From a virus: a stretch of DNA of 64,000 bases. The notes below the pieces were generated by a model. The model had not been told where the DNA came from. It worked only from the letters and a program-made list of their open reading frames with translations, and did no database searches. The position numbers and the translations under genes are program-made. The stretch covers positions 1-64,000 of IMG/VR virus record IMGVR_UViG_3300034104_002622; one strand, 5' to 3'. Shown here piece after piece: positions 63,493-64,000 of this stretch (position 1 is the stretch's first letter; each line of letters opens with the position of its first letter).

Positions 63493-63616
63493 GTTATCAT
63501 CCTTTCTATTTTGTCCATACACTCGCATGGACGCTGGTATCTCAAGCGCGAAGCGCTCGAAACCCAGTCCTATCGCCTCTCAGTGTGAACCAAGAGACGA
63601 ATGGACTAGGCTTTAG

Positions 63617-63793
63617 TTAGGCTAAATACTGATTTAGGTCGTGGTGCTTCCTTAGCGATCTTAGTAGCAGTAGTTCCTTGGCGAGCTTGTTTCTAAGTGA
63701 TGGTTTTTTTGGGTTGGTAGCTAGATTAGCTCTAGCTTCTTTTACCATTTGCCTGTGGTGGTGCTTTACGTAGTGGTAGTCTTTTGGACTCAT
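63617..63793 (-). CDS. 58-aa basic peptide
   Basis: MSPKDYHYVKHHHRQ...; ATGA-coupled to the upstream ORF. Confidence 0.5.
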   Translation of the reverse strand: MSPKDYHYVKHHHRQMVKEARANLATNPKKPSLRNKLAKELLLLRSLRKHHDLNQYLA

Positions 63794-63999
63794 GGGATTA
63801 GTGTTGTTGAAGGGATGAACTTGAATGACATTCTGACTTCATCGTAGTCGCAGTTGTCGTTTGCTACGTCTTCATAGTGCCTGTTCCGCAGCCATTTCAT
63901 TCGATCAAGGATTTGCTTGGCGGTTCTTGATGGGTAGATAATTTCGGGTTTGCCCCATTTGTCAAAGTAGCGTTTTTCAACCTGTATTCTCCATGGATA
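63790..63999 (-). CDS. Partial ORF truncated by window end
   Basis: Open frame YPWRIQVEKRYFDKWGKPE... to TGA at 63790. Confidence 0.5.
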   Translation of the reverse strand, partial: YPWRIQVEKRYFDKWGKPEIIYPSRTAKQILDRMKWLRNRHYEDVANDNCDYDEVRMSFKFIPSTTLIP

Positions 64000-64000
64000 G

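Noticed and set aside
32916-64000. Integron integrase, other tyrosine recombinase, or DNA polymerase
   Set aside because: No ORF with recognisable catalytic motifs; they may lie outside the window or be host-supplied

Overview
A 64-kb piece of a tailed dsDNA phage genome with podovirus-like organisation. The host cannot be determined; A-rich, mostly Shine-Dalgarno-free leaders and the gene families suggest an aquatic Verrucomicrobiota/PVC- or Bacteroidota-type host (inference). Bases 1-32.9 kb (+) hold the virion and lysis module: capsid, fibre proteins, CHAP endolysin, and ejection-type proteins ending in a 5353-aa giant. Bases 32.9-64 kb (mostly -) hold the early/replication module: RNA ligase, MazG-like protein, T7-type primase-helicase, ERF, SSB-like proteins, PD-(D/E)xK nuclease, HNH proteins and a tmRNA. 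Main discovery: three arrays totalling 16 integron-type attC sites (45.8-46.7, 52.3-54.9 and 56.8-57.7 kb). They delimit 13 cassettes whose two ends are complementary core sites, plus a duplicated 'founder' cassette. No integrase is visible in the window. The cassette ORFs run antisense to the attC, usually cross the recombination point at an in-frame Asn codon, and take stop and often start codons from inside the attC hairpins, so this looks like a phage-adapted, frame-preserving cassette-shuffling system. Also seen: a ~830-nt highly structured ncRNA candidate, a ~400-nt ACGG-repeat ncRNA candidate, five N4-like GAA-triloop hairpins, and a genome-wide TTTAG-N6-CTAAA palindrome. All structure and family calls were made by eye, without database searches.
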